DNA of 64,000 nucleotides. Origin: Planctomycetota bacterium. Its GTDB lineage: Bacteria; Planctomycetota; UBA8108; SXIK01. Of the stretch, positions 63,510 through 64,000 are shown piece by piece; position 1 is the stretch's first letter; every line of letters starts with the position of its first letter. The notes under the pieces were generated by a model. The model had not been told where the DNA came from, searched no databases, and was given only the letters and a program-made list of their open reading frames with translations. A program made the translations under genes and the position numbers. Where the stretch lies: positions 1,824,001 through 1,888,000 of the forward strand of contig CBDCXR010000004.1 in NCBI GenBank assembly GCA_965223845.1, in the 5' to 3' direction.

Positions 63510-64000
63510 TTACTCCTCGCCGAGCACAAGGGATTTAGCCGCGGCCGTCTCGCCTTCGAGCGCTACGCGTTCGAAGTAGGCGACGAGCTCCTCTTCGCTG
63601 AGCTCGGCAAAGGCCCGTTCGGTTCGCTGAGCGATCGCCTTCGCCTCTGCCTTCAGTTGCTCGATGCGCGCGAGACGGTCTTCGATGTGGGGGAGGCGCT
63701 CTTGGTCGCCGCGATCGGCGAGGAGAACTCGTTCCCTTTCGAGCGCCCGCGCTTCGATGGACAGGCCGACCACGTCTTGGACGAGAAACCGACCGGTGGC
63801 GGACAGTTTCATACCGATCCGACTCAGCGCTTGCACTAGGTCGAGCGTCGCGTCCACTCCGTGAGTTTGAAGCCGCCTCTCGACCTCCTCTGCGGCGTGC
63901 TCGCTGAGCCGCCGCAGGGGCTGCAAGTAGTCGAGACGGAGCCCCATCGCGGCGAGCACCTTACCGACACTCTCCGATCCCGTGGCGTCGCGGTAAAAGT
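63510..64000 (-). CDS. Hypothetical alpha-helical protein (5' end beyond the window)
   Basis: The frame of track ORF 63510..63959 stays open to the window edge (FYRDATGSESVGK...); no recognisable motif. Confidence 0.6.
   Translation of the reverse strand, partial: FYRDATGSESVGKVLAAMGLRLDYLQPLRRLSEHAAEEVERRLQTHGVDATLDLVQALSRIGMKLSATGRFLVQDVVGLSIEARALERERVLLADRGDQERLPHIEDRLARIEQLKAEAKAIAQRTERAFAELSEEELVAYFERVALEGETAAAKSLVLGEE

Noticed and set aside
1-64000. Very frequent TCGA/CGA/TCG words as a repeat family
   Set aside because: They appear throughout coding regions and reflect codon usage and genome signature rather than discrete elements.

Overview
A GC-rich, gene-dense bacterial window, most consistent with a Planctomycetota/PVC organism. 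The taxonomic signs are DUF1592/DUF1552 pairs, PVC-type CxxCH dehydrogenase-like proteins, membrane-anchored ECF sigma factors, an NPYxSP membrane protein and C-terminal dockerin-like domains. I found no rRNA, tRNA, CRISPR array or transposase. About 24 real CDSs are present; most other entries in the ORF track are antisense or off-frame shadows. Four modules stand out. (1) At 1-11.2 kb (minus), a GntR-led operon of three secreted proteins shares ten copies of an unnamed ~200-aa beta-sandwich domain. One copy is inserted inside the lamin-tail domain of a CotH-family kinase, and a near-perfect 1188-bp internal duplication is present. (2) At 22.4-30.2 kb, two convergent giant membrane-anchored ECF sigma factors share an upstream promoter-like motif. 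(3) At 31.3-43.4 kb, a ~2190-aa secreted protein fuses an intact copper-radical (galactose-oxidase-type) oxidase to a di-heme cytochrome c peroxidase-like domain. It is followed by a CPYGxxxCW HMA-like protein, making this a candidate self-activating oxidase system with a putative copper chaperone. (4) At 43.6-53.1 kb, a coupled gene pair encodes a Ser/Thr kinase with three TIR-like domains and an nSTAND1-TM-WD40-TPR-malectin NLR-like protein, directly upstream of glycan-modifying enzymes. All domain calls come from motif recognition by eye; no database searches were run.
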